In this document: positions 12,929 to 26,567 of the stretch, piece after piece
How positions within the stretch are numbered: position 1 is the first letter of the stretch
Layout: each line of letters begins with the position of its first letter
Assembly (NCBI RefSeq): GCF_006345805.1
Contig: NC_043005.1
Span: 15,996,001 to 16,060,000 of the forward strand
Direction of reading: 5' to 3'
Origin: Octopus sinensis
Taxonomy: Eukaryota
DNA: 64,000 nucleotides
Notes under the pieces: model-generated
Database searches by the model: none
What the model saw: the letters and a program-made list of their open reading frames with translations, nothing else
Told to the model about the DNA's origin: nothing
Program-made: the position numbers and the translations under genes

Positions 12929-13075
12929 GGCTGTGTGGTCAACAAGTTCTCTTCGCATTATGGGGTATCTTGTTCACTATCACTGCATGATGTCTTGGGA
13001 AAGTGTCTTCTGCTATAGTTCCAGACCGACATGCGCCTTGTAAATGAATTTTCTTACAAGGAAACTATCTGGAAC
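12929..13075 (+). mobile_element. Old SINE family A head
   Basis: GGCTGTGTGGTC...CTTGGGAAAGTGTCTTCTGCTATAG...GCCTTGTAAATGAATTT aligns loosely to the family A 5' half. Confidence 0.6.
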
Positions 13076-14851
13076 CCGTCGTGTATATATGTTTGTATAT
13101 ATAACTGGCAGCCAGTATTTATCTACGTTGTAAATATACAGACTAATAGCCATTCTGAGTTATTTCTCTTAGGTGTCATTCGAGAAAGATTTAGCTGTTA
13201 TTTCTAACAGCTCGAGCGACCACATCACCTCTCTTTAGTTCCCATAGTGCAGGTAAGACTACATGATCTAAAGTGTCTTTTTTTAAGAAGGTAGGATGTG
13301 ATTTAAAACGAAAAAAAACAAAACAAAACAAACATAACATATATCAAGAAAATATTACCGCACCACATCTCCACAAAACGAGTGTGGCGCTTGGCTGGCG
13401 CCCTCCCTATTATTTCAAATGCTGGACCTCACTAATATCAAGGATTTCTCTTAGTGAAAATACGTCTTTAGCATAACTAGGACCGCATTCCCAAAGCATA
13501 CTCTTCTATTCAGGTTCAGAAAATAACCATGACCATTTTGTATTTTTAGGAGTTTCTAGAATTATATTATATAACGTCTTTTTTTCTTAAGATTGCGGAG
13601 TGTCATTTGAGGGTAATTTGACTAGTGTTTCTAGTAAATCGAATGCCTACGTAGATATTGTCTCACTAAGTCGTTACCAATTCGATGTTTCCCTTGTGTC
13701 TTTATAAAAAATTTTCAGTATTATAAAACCTAAATATCATATATTGCATTTTGTATCGTTCAGGAAATTAAACTGATGGGATCCACTTTCCGCTAATTTA
13801 TGGGGATAACAGTCACCAGTAATCTTTGTTAGGTTTGTTCAACTGGCAATCGAAAGTATCGCATCCTCGTCTCACATTTACTCAGTATGAATAAAGAACT
13901 GGAGCGTTGTTCCAAAAAAAGGGAAAATGAAACACGGCTGAATTGTTGAAGATCGGGTCTACCATTTCGTTCATGTCACAGTTCTAGGAACGTGTAGAAG
14001 ACATTGCAAGAAGATATTGCAAGCTCTTCATACTGCAAGAGGAATAAACTGCATTGGCTAGAGGAAAATGAAGTACTGTTGTTTTGAGGAAGACGAATAT
14101 TTGATTTAATTTGTGCAGCATTCCAAGGAAATCGAGTCGGTCACCTTAACCGCTGGAGGGAAAGGTAACAGAGCGTGTTAAATGAGATAGATCAAGCGCG
14201 AATTGAATGCTCAATGCAAATAGAACTTTCCAGAAACGTAACGACCATTCTTCACTGTGGATATACTAACTGGCTATATATGGGAAAGGATGACTTTCCT
14301 TGTAAGAAACCATACTTCAGCAGAATATCAATAGATTAGTGACTAATGCAGTTGATTAAATAAGCCTTCCAGAAGTCTACAGAGACATATGTTTTGCACC
14401 AAACCTGTGGCAACGCCCAAAAATTGCAGGAAAGAATTCTTCTGCATGATGCCATAAAATTAGCGGAGGAAATATAGTCTATTGAATATGCTGCTATTGT
14501 CAACATGTGATATATTATGGCTCTCAGACACCGCCCTAACTGTTCCTTCGATGTGGTTTAAGTTCACTGAGTTATAGATATTCCGATCAAATCCCACACA
14601 TCCAGTTCCATCCTCATGATAGTTTTTACTGTAGCTATTGACCAATAGTGTTCAGGATGAAGGGCATCGCCTGCATTGACTTCTGCTCTCCTTCTTCTGA
14701 TTAAATTATGAAGGCAAATAAAAAAAAAGGGACGACTGAATTAACATATTGCTGACATTTACGTTACCAACTTATCAATTTTGCAACAAGAAAGGTTTAT
14801 TCGCCTCCAGCGTTATTTGAATCATAGACGTAAAAGAAAATAAATTATTAT

Positions 14852-15228
14852 ACACATGGTTCCGGGTTCAGTCCCACTGCGTGGCACCTTGGGCAAGTGT
14901 CTTCTACTATAGCCCCGGGCCGACCAAAGCCTTGTGAGTGGATTTGGTAGACGGAAACTGAAAGAAGCCCGTCGTATATATGTATATATATATGTATGTG
15001 CGTGTATGTTTGTGTGTCTGTGTTTGTTCCCCTAGCATTGCTTGACAACCGATGCTGGTGTGTTTACGTCCCCGTCACTTAGCGGTTCGGCAAAAGAGAC
15101 CGATAGAATAAGTACTGGGCTTACAAAGAATAAGTCCCGGAGTCGAGTTGCTCGATTAAAGGTGGTGCACCAGCATGGCCGCAGTCAAAATGACTGAAAC
15201 AAGTAAAAAGAGAAAAAGAGAAAAAGAG
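14852..15228 (+). mobile_element. SINE family A, 5'-truncated
   Basis: CACATGGTTCCGGGTTCAGTCCCACTGCG through GACTGAAACAAGT(AAAAAGAG)n. Confidence 0.9.
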
Positions 15229-16164
15229 ATACACTGATATATGCGAGCGTCTCAGCCGTTGTGTCCTCCGGTCTTTTTAAGGACCCAGTAGAATTCAGTC
15301 GCGTCCTCATACATTGTTCTTACCTCATTATCCATCTCAGGGATATTTTCCTGTTAGTTGTTTTCCTACTTGTGACGTCACTTGATCGTAGCTGTTGAAC
15401 CACTCAGTGGTGTAGCTAGATGGGTGGGGGTGACGGGTCGATTCGCTCCGGGTGGCACTTTTAAGAAGGACAAGGCAACACTTTTGGGTCAACTGTTATA
15501 AGCCTGTGCTGGGAAGAGAGGAGATTGTAAACTCAATGACTGCCCACCCAAGTTACGCAACAAACATTGAATCAACGTTTATATTTACCATCTCAATTTC
15601 TCTTAGTGAAGTAGGAAGAAGAAATTAAGAGCTTTTAAGCCTAATCTTCTTCATAAAGAGAATAGCTGACAGGAGAATATTTTGGTGCAGAGAGCGGTGT
15701 GATGGATTTAATAAAGAGTCTGTTTCGCCATTCTGAGAAGGTTACCAAGTATGACCGACACCCGAAGAACGTCAGTGGATAAAGCATCCGAAACACTGAG
15801 ATGATAGCAATCAAGATGCGGGCACTGGTCTGAATGTATCAGTGAACATTTGCGATAATTTTTCATCTCAGAAATTTAGGCAAAGCTCAAAGATTAAAAT
15901 TACTTTCTGATGCAAACACAAGGCCTGGCATTTCTGAGGAGGTTCCAGTACAAGTGTATCGAATGTACGGTCTTAAGGTCAGATGTGATCTTTTAAGCCC
16001 TTAAGTGCGACCTTAAGAAGTGTGGATTTTACATAAGAGAATTGTCTCGTCGATTACACAATGCTAAATTTATTGTAATGTTCTTCAATTCTTTAAAAAA
16101 TGTAACTCAAAAGTCAGTTTGCATTTTTATTTTTGAAATAAATAATAATTACATTTTCTAGCAT

Positions 16165-16558
16165 TCTTTTATTCTTTTACTTGTTTCAGTCATTTGACTG
16201 CGGCCACGCTAGAGCACTGCCTTTAGTCGAGCAAATCGACCCCAGGACTTATTCTTTGTAAGCCTAGTACCTGTTCTATCGGTCTCTTTTGCCGAACCGT
16301 TAAGTTACCGGGGAACGTAAAGGTACCAACAGCGGCTGTAAAGCGATGTTGGGGGGACAAACACAGACACACACATATACATATATGCACACATATATAT
16401 ATATCCGACGGGCTTCTTTCAGTTTCCATCTACCAAATCCACTCACAAGGCTTTGGTCGGCCCGAGACTACAGTAGAAGGCACTTGCCCAAGGTGCCACG
16501 AAGTGGGACTGAACCCGGAACCATTTGGTTGGTAAGCAAGCTACTTACCACACAGCCA
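16165..16558 (-). mobile_element. SINE family A
   Basis: Same head, B box and tail as 10491-10880. Confidence 0.9.
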
Positions 16559-16683
16559 TTTTTCTTTAAAGCGATCTTATTACATTGCATTTAATTTAAT
16601 GCAGCTTTCAAACATAAAAAAGATTCCCAGTTCCTGGTGAAGTAGCCTAGATCAAACCAAGCACTTGACTGTTTTATTGACCA

Positions 16684-17041
16684 CTAGCACTATGACCGGG
16701 CAATGCCGGGTCATAGTGCTAGTGCATGCATATACAGCTGCGTGCGCATATACATGCGAGTACTGTCAACATCTCCGACCAATCACATACAGCTAGCTGG
16801 CATTCAATTGGCGTATCAAGTTTCGGGCATTTTGATTGGGTTTTGGATAGAAAATTCACAAAAAAGTCACTTCTATTGAATTTTTAATGGCTTTGCAGGG
16901 TGACTGGAGAAATGTAAAGATGTGCACGACCACCCTTGGACGGTTTTAAATGACCATAGAAAGTGCGAGCCCTCTAACTGAAAAGTTGGGGATTTGTATA
17001 AAGGACACACACACAGACATTTTGCCGTTTATATATATAGA
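16684..17041 (-). mobile_element. Non-autonomous Helitron
   Basis: Minus strand starts A|TCTATATATATAAACGG and ends with the hairpin GACCCGGCATTGCCCGGTC followed by ATAGTGCTAG|T. Confidence 0.75.
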
Positions 17042-17499
17042 TTAATTTGACGTCCAGTATGTTGGTTCTGGCCTGGTAACAACCAATAATCTGCATTCTA
17101 TTGGACTTTTCTTGTTGCTTTTTCCTTGCTTAACAAACTGGTGGGGTTTGTTAATTTCTTTGGGAAATAAATCTTTCAAATGTTTTTCTTAAAAAAGAAA
17201 TTAGCATTTAGGTTTTATGTCCTCCACTCTGACTAACTTCTTGCCTTTCTGTTTTCCTTAAAAAGTAAAGTACTTGAACATGTTATTTATATATCTAGGT
17301 GTAATTAACATTCAAAACTAAAGCTTCTCTTTACCAATTTTTCTATTAAGAGGTTTTTTTTAAATTGATCACCTTCTCATAGATCGTCAGAAAAGCTACC
17401 ACCGCCATCCGAAGCATTTTCTAGAAAATTGGAGACACCATGCACTGTCACTTTTGCACATTTTCTTCCATGTCTGAACATCTGAAGTACGAAAAGAAA

Positions 17500-17886
17500 T
17501 ATGGAAGCACTCCGTCGGTTACGACGATGAGGGTTCCGGTTGATCCGAATCAACGGAACAGCCTGCTCGTGAGATTAACGTGTAAGTGGCTGAGCACTCC
17601 ACAGACACGTGTGCCCTTAACGTAGTTCTCGGGGATATTCAGCGTGACACAGAGAGTGACAAGGCCGGCCCTTTGAAATACAGGTACACCAGAAACAGGA
17701 AGTAAGAGTGAGAGAAAGAGTGGTGAAAGAGTACAGCAGGGATCACCACCATCCCCTGCCGGAGCCTCATGGAGCTTTTAGGTGTTTTCGCTCAATAAAC
17801 ACTCACAACGCCCGGTCTGGGAATCGAAACCGCGATCCTATGACCGCGAGTCCGCTGCCCTAACCACTGGGCCAATGCGCCTCCAC
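17500..17886 (-). mobile_element. tRNA-derived SINE (family C), full length
   Basis: A and B boxes at the minus-strand 5' end. 12-bp TSD TACGAAAAGAAA at 17488-17499 and 17887-17898. Confidence 0.92.
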
Positions 17887-18950
17887 TACGAAAAGAAAAC
17901 ATCCACCCGAGAAGCATTCGATGGTAGAATATACTATTTACTTTCGTGCACAGCTCGCACCGTTGCATACTCTCCCTCCATCCTTCCTCTTTTTCTCTCT
18001 TCTATGAGGAATCCTATGACACCCATCATATTCTTTAGACTTTCTCTGCTTAAACGTGAGAAGGGTTTTCTTTCATTTTTTTCCCCCATTTAGTCCTTCT
18101 TGAACATTTTTACTAATTTGTACATAACCGTGCACTGAAATCGCATTTCCCCTGCAACACAATTACGCCTGGCTGGGAAAGTTGAAGTTCTAGCTTTATT
18201 TTCTCAGCCTTGTTCTGTAACTAGTACTGTATCCAGTTACATGTTGATTTTGTGAAAGAACCTTTGACTTTGTTGTTGTAACTGTTAACATTGTAGTTAA
18301 AAACTATGCGTTTTTATTGTTATTCTTATTATTACTGTTGTTGTACTCGTCGTTCTTATTAGTGCTTTTGAGGTTATTCTTACCATTGTCGTTGACTTTC
18401 TTATTCCTTATACTATTACGACTATTTCTTTAATCCTTCTCCGATAGCGGAGGATAACCACTCTCATTATAAAGATCCACTCTTACTACGACTTCTGAAG
18501 CCGTTTCTACACGTTAGAACGGCAAGCATTGCTTGCCATTCTAACGTTTCTCATGTTCAAATATCTTTCTCCAGAGTAGAGCTGCTCCAGAACCTTGCAT
18601 GTCTCTAGTTACTAAATATATTATAAATTATGTGAGACCATAAATAGCAATTTACACACACTGTGAGTAAAATATTTATATACGATTAAGTTTTACTCGC
18701 CATGTCTGACTCGGTTAACAGTTAAAACAATAGTTTGTTGTGGAAAGCACAAGGAAACGCCATTATAGTTGATAAGACTATTACTGATTTATATTTTATT
18801 GATTTCGGTTGGACAAAGTCGTTGAGGGTTTAATTCAGAAGGGAAAAATGTCGGAAGAAATGACGCTAAGTATTTTGTCCGACGAGAGAACGATTCTACC
18901 AAGCTCGTTGATACAACAACAACAACAACAATGATAATAATAATAATAAT

Positions 18951-19503
18951 ATGCTCTAATGCATTACCGGGCAGTGGCTCTCGTGGTTTCTGATCTTAAC
19001 TGATTGGAAGTGTTATGTACATTGTTTTGTCTTGGTATAAAAGATGGGCTACAGCAAATATTCTGCTCAATACCACAGATTTGCTTGTCAGTTATTTGAC
19101 CTTAACCAGTTGAGCATGTCCCTTAGTGGCTGATGATATGTGCATCTCTGATCACGAGCAGAAGTAGTGGGGGAGCATCATAGCCATGTGTTGAGAGGAA
19201 TTCTTTGGGGTTTGAATAATTCACCTCTGGAAACATGGATGTTTCGTTCAACATCCTTAAACAACCCTTATTCAGGGATCTTTTGAGCGGGATGGGTTAC
19301 TCGACCAGAAAAAAATTCTGACCAGACCCCACCTGCAACGTCATGTGCTATTTATCTTGATATAAGATCACCATGTCGTGCACATATGGTTGTGATACAT
19401 GTGCCTAGTGTAACCTTATCAGACGGGTAGTCATGAAAGGTATACTGGGCTTCGTATATTTTACCCCAGTGTCACTTTGATGGCATACACTGCTCTCTCA
19501 CTC

Positions 19504-19504
<1 letters not shown>
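18951..19504. mobile_element. Non-coding element of about 550 bp bounded by (TAA)n on both sides
   Basis: Discrete mixed-sequence block between (TAA)n at about 18930-18950 and 19505-19560. No ORF. Confidence 0.55.
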
Positions 19505-19560
<56 letters not shown>

Positions 19561-19564
19561 CTTC

Positions 19565-19722
19565 TCTACTAAAGACACAAGGCCTGAAATTTGGGGGAAG
19601 GGGCTGAGTCGATTATATCGACTCCAGTGATCAAGTAGTATTTGAACTTAGTACGTAAATATGGATGAAAAGCCGCGAAGCACTTTTTCCGGCGTGCTAA
19701 AGATACTCCCAAGTCGCCCCTT
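19565..19722 (-). mobile_element. Diverged SINE family B variant
   Basis: CACAAGGCCTGAAATTTGGGG...GTCGATTATATCGAC...GGATGAAAAG...GGCGTGCTAAAG...GTCGCCCCTT. Confidence 0.6.
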
Positions 19723-19766
19723 TAATAATAATAATAATAATAATAATGATGATGATAATAATAATG

Positions 19767-19849
<83 letters not shown>

Positions 19850-19852
<3 letters not shown>

Positions 19853-22477
19853 TGTTCAACTCCAACCCCATTAATAATAATAACAAAAAGTTCAACTCCA
19901 ACCCCAAAAAGTTCTACCAAGAACTGGGAAAAAATAAAATAGAAGTCACTGCAGCACCAACGGCAGAAGAATTGGAAGAATTCTGGGGAGAAATATGGTC
20001 GGTGAACGAACCACCAAAAAAAAGGAGTATCAGAATAACAAACTCGGCATCTGAACAACTTTGGACCCCCATAACAACTGAAGAGGTCACCCAGGCACTG
20101 CAAAGACTAAGCAACTGGAAGGCACCTGGACATGACAAGATCCCCAACTTCTAGTTGAAGTATCTAACAGGAATGCACAAAAAGCTGGCTGAAAACTTTA
20201 ACAACGTACTAGCAGAGCCAGAGACAATGCCTGAATGGCTCACGAAGGGGAAAACCACCTTAATTCCCAAATCAAATGAAACAGAAAAACCAAAAAACTA
20301 CAGACCAATAATCCGCCTCCCTACTATGTTCAAGGCATTTACTGCAGTGATATCACAAAGGCTGAACAAGCACCTGGACGAAAACAAACTGTTCCCAGAA
20401 GAGCAGAAAGGATGCCGCAAAGGCTCATATAGCTGTAAAGATCAACTAATGATTAATAAAGCCATAACTGAAGACAGCCACAGAAAGAAGAAAGGCCTCA
20501 GTATGGCCTGGATTGACTACAAAAAGGCTTTTGATAGCATCCCCCACACATGGATCCTCGAAACACTAGCCATTAACAAAGTAGCACCAACAATCATAAA
20601 ATTCATAGAGCACTCTATGAATAAATGGCAAACAGTCCTACACCTCCAAACAAAAAAGGGACTCATGAAAACCAAAGACATCCCCATTAGAAGAGGAATA
20701 TTCCAGGGAGACACGCTCTCTCCACTCCTTTTCTGCTTGGCACTGTCACCTCTATCTGATATGCTAAATAGAACTGGATGCGGATATAAATGTTACGGCA
20801 AAACGATCAGCCACCTTTTATATATGGATGACCTAAAACTATACGCTGCAAATGACAAACAGCTGGAAACACTATTAAAGACAGTTCATGGATTTACCAA
20901 AGAAATAGATATGAAATTTGGATTAGAAAAATGCGCCAAAGTAACCCTGAAAAGAGGAAAACTAGTTAAGAGTAACAACATCACACTAGATAAAACCAAT
21001 GAAATAAAAGAATTAGACCAAAGCCAAACTTACAAATACTTAGGAATCCATGAACTAGATAAGACACAACACACAAATGAAAGAGAAAATAAAAAAAGAA
21101 TATTATAGACGAGTTAGATCAATACTAAACACAGAGCTCAATGCTAAAAACAAGATAATAGGTATCAACACTTTAGCTGTCCCAGTTATAAGTTACAGCT
21201 ACAATATCCTTAACTGGACACGAAATGAACTGACCAAAATAGATAGGAAAACAAGAAAAATAATGACAGGATCTAGGATGCATCACCCAAAATCTAACAT
21301 AGAAAGACTATATATACAACGTATAGAAGGTGGTAGATGCCTTATACAGCTGGAAAACTACTATAAAATAACCACCATAGGACTGCAAAAATATCTACTT
21401 CAGAATGAAGGAAAACTGATCCAGATAGCGGCAAAACACGAGCAAAACAAAAAACAGTTCTCAGTATTTAAGGAAGCTGACAAATACAAACAAGAAATCA
21501 TACCACCTAATAAACATGAAGAATAAGAAGAAGAAGATGAAGAAACAACAAAAGCTATAAAACAAATGAAATCCAAACTAAAAATAGAACAGCAACGAAC
21601 CATGATAAAACGATGGCAAGAAAAGCCCCTTCATGGTAAATACTGGACTAAACTAAACGCAAAAGAAATAGACAAAGAAAAATCCCAGCAATGGTTGAGA
21701 AGCTCAGGACTCAAAGCAGAAACAGAGGGATTTTTAATTGCAGCACAAGACCAAAGCCTCCCCACCAGAAATTACCAAAAACATGTAATGAAAAGAAATA
21801 TTACAAGTAACTGCAGAATATGTGGAGATGGACAAGAAACAATAAATCATATTATCTCTAGCTGCCCAGTCTTGGCTAAGAAGGAATATATTCACAGACA
21901 TGACAGAGTTGGAACCTACATACATTGGAAGCTATGCCAACATTATGGAATAACAACAGAAAAAAGATGGTATAGGCACACACCAGAAAAGGTCACAGAA
22001 AACGAGAAAGCAACCATACTCTGGGATATGCCGATACACACAGATAGAGAAATTAAGGCCAACAGACCAGATATAGTTGTCAGAGATCATGAAGAAAAAA
22101 AATGCTTTCTAATTGATGTATCAATACCGGCTGATGACAACGTGTCTCTAAAAGAAATGGAGAAACTCTCAAAATACAAAGACCTGGAAATAGAGGTAAC
22201 TAGAATGTGGAATCTGAAAAAAACAATTCCTATCATAGTAGGTGCATTAGGCATGATAAAAAAATATTCAGACAAATACATAACAAAAACACCAGGACTT
22301 ACAAACACATATAACATACAGAAAATTGCACTACTAGGCACTGCACACATCCTACGCAGAACACTTTCCATACAATAACCATCAGAGCATCACAACAAAT
22401 CACAGCACATACCCAAGGCACACAGAGCTGTGCTCGGTAGTGAAGTGAAAGCACGCTATAAAAATAAAACTACTGAA
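19850..22477 (+). mobile_element. R4/Dong-like non-LTR retrotransposon (RT, CCHC knuckle, restriction-like endonuclease), 5'-truncated and inactivated
   Basis: RT motifs QGDTLSP and YMDDLKLY; knuckle CRICGDGQETINHIISSC; REL motifs RHD and PDIVV..D..K. Stops at 20152 and 21524, frameshift near 21075. Both ends abut (TAA)n. Confidence 0.93.
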
Positions 22478-22497
22478 TAATAATAATAATAATAATG

Positions 22498-22568
<71 letters not shown>

Positions 22569-22581
22569 AATGATAATAATA

Positions 22582-23218
22582 GTGGGCAAAATGGTGGAAC
22601 CGTATGGCATATTACCAGTCAATGTACGTCACCCAGCCCAGAAGGAATATAAGAGACGCCACGACAATTTAGCCAATATAGTCCATTGGACACTTTGCAA
22701 CAAGTATGGACTTGACAGAGCAAGAAATTGGTACGAACATAAATCCGAAGGCATCGTCGAAAATGATAATGCAAAGATCCTGTGGAATTTTATGATTCAG
22801 TGCAACCATGAAATAGAGAATAGGAAGCCGGACATAGTTTTAATTGAGAAAGAAAGCAAACTATGCTGGATCATGGATATAGCATGCCTAGCTGACAACA
22901 AGGTATGCGATAAGGAAGAAAGAAAAGTCGGTAGATATGACAGGTTAGCTTGGGAGGGTAAGCAGTTGTGGTTGATGAAAAAGGTGGTGGTAGTACCAAT
23001 AATTGTTGGAGCCCTGGGAACAGTGAGTTAAATCTTGAGAAGTACATGGAACAAATAGGGGCTGCAATAAGGGTGGAGCACTTGCAGAAAACAACACTGC
23101 TTGGAACAGCTCGTATACTCAGGAATGTGCTCGAAAAATAAGGGGTGTTACCTTAGTTCACTGGTAGTGAACAGCTGACACAGTAATGGATCTCCAGCGT
23201 TAGAAGCTGTGCAAATGC

Positions 23219-23220
<2 letters not shown>
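22582..23220 (+). mobile_element. 3' fragment of a second REL-type LINE family (copy 1)
   Basis: EYKRRHD and RKPDIVLIEK...IMDIAC REL motifs, followed by a 3' UTR ending in (TAA)n. Confidence 0.88.
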
Positions 23221-23249
<29 letters not shown>

Positions 23250-23264
23250 TAATAATAATATATA

Positions 23265-23299
<35 letters not shown>

Positions 23300-23312
23300 A
23301 ATGATAATAATA

Positions 23313-23949
23313 GTGGGCAAAATGGTGGAACCGTATGGCATATTACCAGTCAATGTACGTCACCCAGCCCAGAAGGAATATAAGAGACGCCACGACAATT
23401 TAGCCAATATAGTCCATTGGACACTTTGCAACAAGTATGGACTTGACAGAGCAAGAAATTGGTACGAACATAAATCCGAAGGCATCGTCGAAAATGATAA
23501 TGCAAAGATCCTGTGGAATTTTATGATTCAGTGCAACCATGAAATAGAGAATAGGAAGCCGGACATAGTTTTAATTGAGAAAGAAAGCAAACTATGCTGG
23601 ATCATGGATATAGCATGCCTAGCTGACAACAAGGTATGCGATAAGGAAGAAAGAAAAGTCGGTAGATATGACAGGTTAGCTTGGGAGGGTAAGCAGTTGT
23701 GGTTGATGAAAAAGGTGGTGGTAGTACCAATAATTGTTGGAGCCCTGGGAACAGTGAGTTAAATCTTGAGAAGTACATGGAACAAATAGGGGCTGCAATA
23801 AGGGTGGAGCACTTGCAGAAAACAACACTGCTTGGAACAGCTCGTATACTCAGGAATGTGCTCGAAAAATAAGGGGTGTTACCTTAGTTCACTGGTAGTG
23901 AACAGCTGACACAGTAATGGATCTCCAGCGTTAGAAGCTGTGCAAATGC

Positions 23950-23951
<2 letters not shown>
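23313..23951 (+). mobile_element. 3' fragment of the second REL-type LINE family (copy 2)
   Basis: Appears identical to 22582-23220 at an offset of 731 bp. Confidence 0.88.
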
Positions 23952-23986
<35 letters not shown>

Positions 23987-24919
23987 TAATAATAATAAAT
24001 AAATCTAATAATCTTTCCTTTGTTTGTCTTAAGGGTGAGGTACCAAGTACATTACAAAGAAATATCATACAGAACCAAGTATGGGAAATCAGGCATGTAA
24101 AATACATTATAAAAGGAAATGGAATGAAACGTTCCAACAGAGAAACAACCCCTACGTGGCCGATCAGGAAACCCCACAGGCCCTAAATCGTTCTTGTTAC
24201 TCCCAGCTATGTCCGCCATTGTATGGGTGGATGGATGTTGAGAGCATGGCTCATTTACTCGGGCCCAACTTGCTTCTTAAGCACCTTTCAGAAAAATTCA
24301 CAAGGGGCCAAAAACCACCCTTCCACTCTCATCTTTCTCTGGTACTTAAAGCAGTTTGTAAGATGTAGGCCAGTATTTGTCCTTCAGATTTTATTCATTA
24401 GATAATCTCTTACGCCATATGCATCGGATAGACGAAAGCGGCCTGTCCTTCCCGGTCAAAGGAAGGCGTGAAGCTCATGTTACAAAGAAGTCAGTTGGGA
24501 ACCTGATCAGTTTTGCACGCGACTACAGCTGCTGTTCGACATAATTTCATAAGTCAGCAATACTTAATAATAATTAAGCACATTTCGTACAACGTTACGA
24601 TTGACTGAGAAGATAGCCAAAGACCTACTATATAAAAGTATGACGGTTAAATTAGCCTCCAAACTCCCTGCCATGACGTTTCATATACCCAGGGGACATA
24701 AAAGTGGAGAAAATAATACGTGTTATTCCAGTTTCATATTCCTTATATAAAAATTATTATAAAAGTGTAGCAAATACGCAATCATAATTACCATACACAC
24801 ACGCATATATTCACCATACACGCAGATATATATACACACACTCACCATACTTACATATACTCAAACAAACCTACTCGCACTCGCTATAAACGCACACACG
24901 AGTCAATAAGAAAACCTGT

Positions 24920-25490
24920 AAAGGCGGTGAGCTGGCAGAAACGTTAGCACGCCGGGCGAAATGCTTAGCAGTATTTCGTCTGCCACTACGTTCTGAGTTC
25001 AAATTCCGCCGAGGTCGACTTTGCCTTTCATCCTTTTGGGATCGATAAATTAAGTACCGGTTATGCACTGAGATCTATATAATCGACTTAATCCATTTGT
25101 CTGTCCTTGTTTGTCCTCTCTGTGTTTAGCCCCTTGTGGGTAATAAAGAAATAGCTACGTTCTGAGTTCAAATTCCGCCGAGGTCGACTTTGCCTTTCAT
25201 CCTTTCGGGGTCGATAAATTAAGTACCAGTTATGCACTGGTGTCGATATAATCGACTTAATCCATTTGTCTGTCCTTGTTTGTCCTCTCTGTGTTTAGCC
25301 CCTTGTGGGTAGTAAAGAAATAGGTATTTCGTCTGTCTTTACGTTCTGAGTTCAAATTCCACTGAGGTCGACTTTGCCCTTTATCCTATCGGAGTCGATA
25401 AATTAAGTAACAGTTGCGTACTGGGGTCGATCTAATCGATTGGTAGCCTCCCCCAAAATTTCGGACCTTGTGCCTAGATTAGAAAAGAAT
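24920..25490 (+). mobile_element. SINE family B tandem trimer; last unit has a different tail
   Basis: One head AAGGCGGTGAGCTGGCAG. CGTTCTGAGTTCAAATTCC recurs three times. The third unit ends CCCCAAAATTTCGGACCTTGTGCCTAG. Confidence 0.88.
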
Positions 25491-26159
25491 ATGAAAACCT
25501 GTAAGCCGTCGCTCAACCTGCTAGATATAGCAACAAAATCTCCTTAAATCATACCTTACAGTGTTTTTGTTTTATCTTTTTAAAAAGAGTTATATAGGAT
25601 CATGTAGTCTTTGATAGACTGTGTCAGTCATTTTCTAAAAAGGATATGTTGGCCAATGTAGTCCTCGATAGACTAGGCCAGAAAAGAAAAAGAGTATAAT
25701 TAAAGATGGAGTATCTTTGATCAGAGGTCTCTTTGATGCGAGCTAACTTTGGCCTAAACAACAACAACAACAACAACCACAATAATAACGCAAGCAAAAA
25801 AATGTGCCTGGATTATTATCCCCTCGCCTTCAATGAGGGGAAGTGTGAGGCGGAATTGGGTGACATTTTTAATTAGAAGGCAGAATTAATACTACATAGA
25901 GCACTTGGTTTTCTCGAAATCAGCATATATCGAAATAATATTACTAAAGTGTAAGTAAGCAGAGGACCTGCTGACGACACACATTCTGATCTTGACAGCA
26001 CACTTCTTATTGGAATGCCTCCGTCTCTCACAAGGAAGTCGAATGTTTTACCGGACACCGAAAATATGTGTAGGGGATACCTGTGTGGGGATGCGTGGGT
26101 ATGTATATACGCACACACACACACATACACATATTCTCATCAGTATGTTTATATATATT

Positions 26160-26355
26160 AAGGCGGGGTGAGCTGGCAGATATGCTTAGTGGTATTTCGT
26201 CTGCCGTTACGTTGTGAGTTCAAATTCCACCGAGGTTGACATTGCCTTTCATCCTTTCGGGGTCGATAAATTAAGTATCAGTTGCGTACTGGGATCGATC
26301 TAATCGACTGGCACCCCTCCCACCAAATTTCGGACCTTATGTCTAGAGTAGAAAA
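26160..26355 (+). mobile_element. SINE family B variant
   Basis: AAGGCGGGGTGAGCTGGCAG...GAGTTCAAATTCC...CAAATTTCGGACCTTATGTCTAG. Confidence 0.85.
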
Positions 26356-26384
26356 GCATATATATATATGCATACATAAGGAAT

Positions 26385-26501
<117 letters not shown>

Positions 26502-26567
26502 GTTAGTATGCATGTGTATAGGCATATGATATATATATATGCTAGTATTTTACTTTAGCATATATAC

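Noticed and set aside
15405-16000. hAT left end CAGTGGTGTAGCTAG
   Set aside because: No matching right TIR, TSD or readable transposase, so it is too weak to call.
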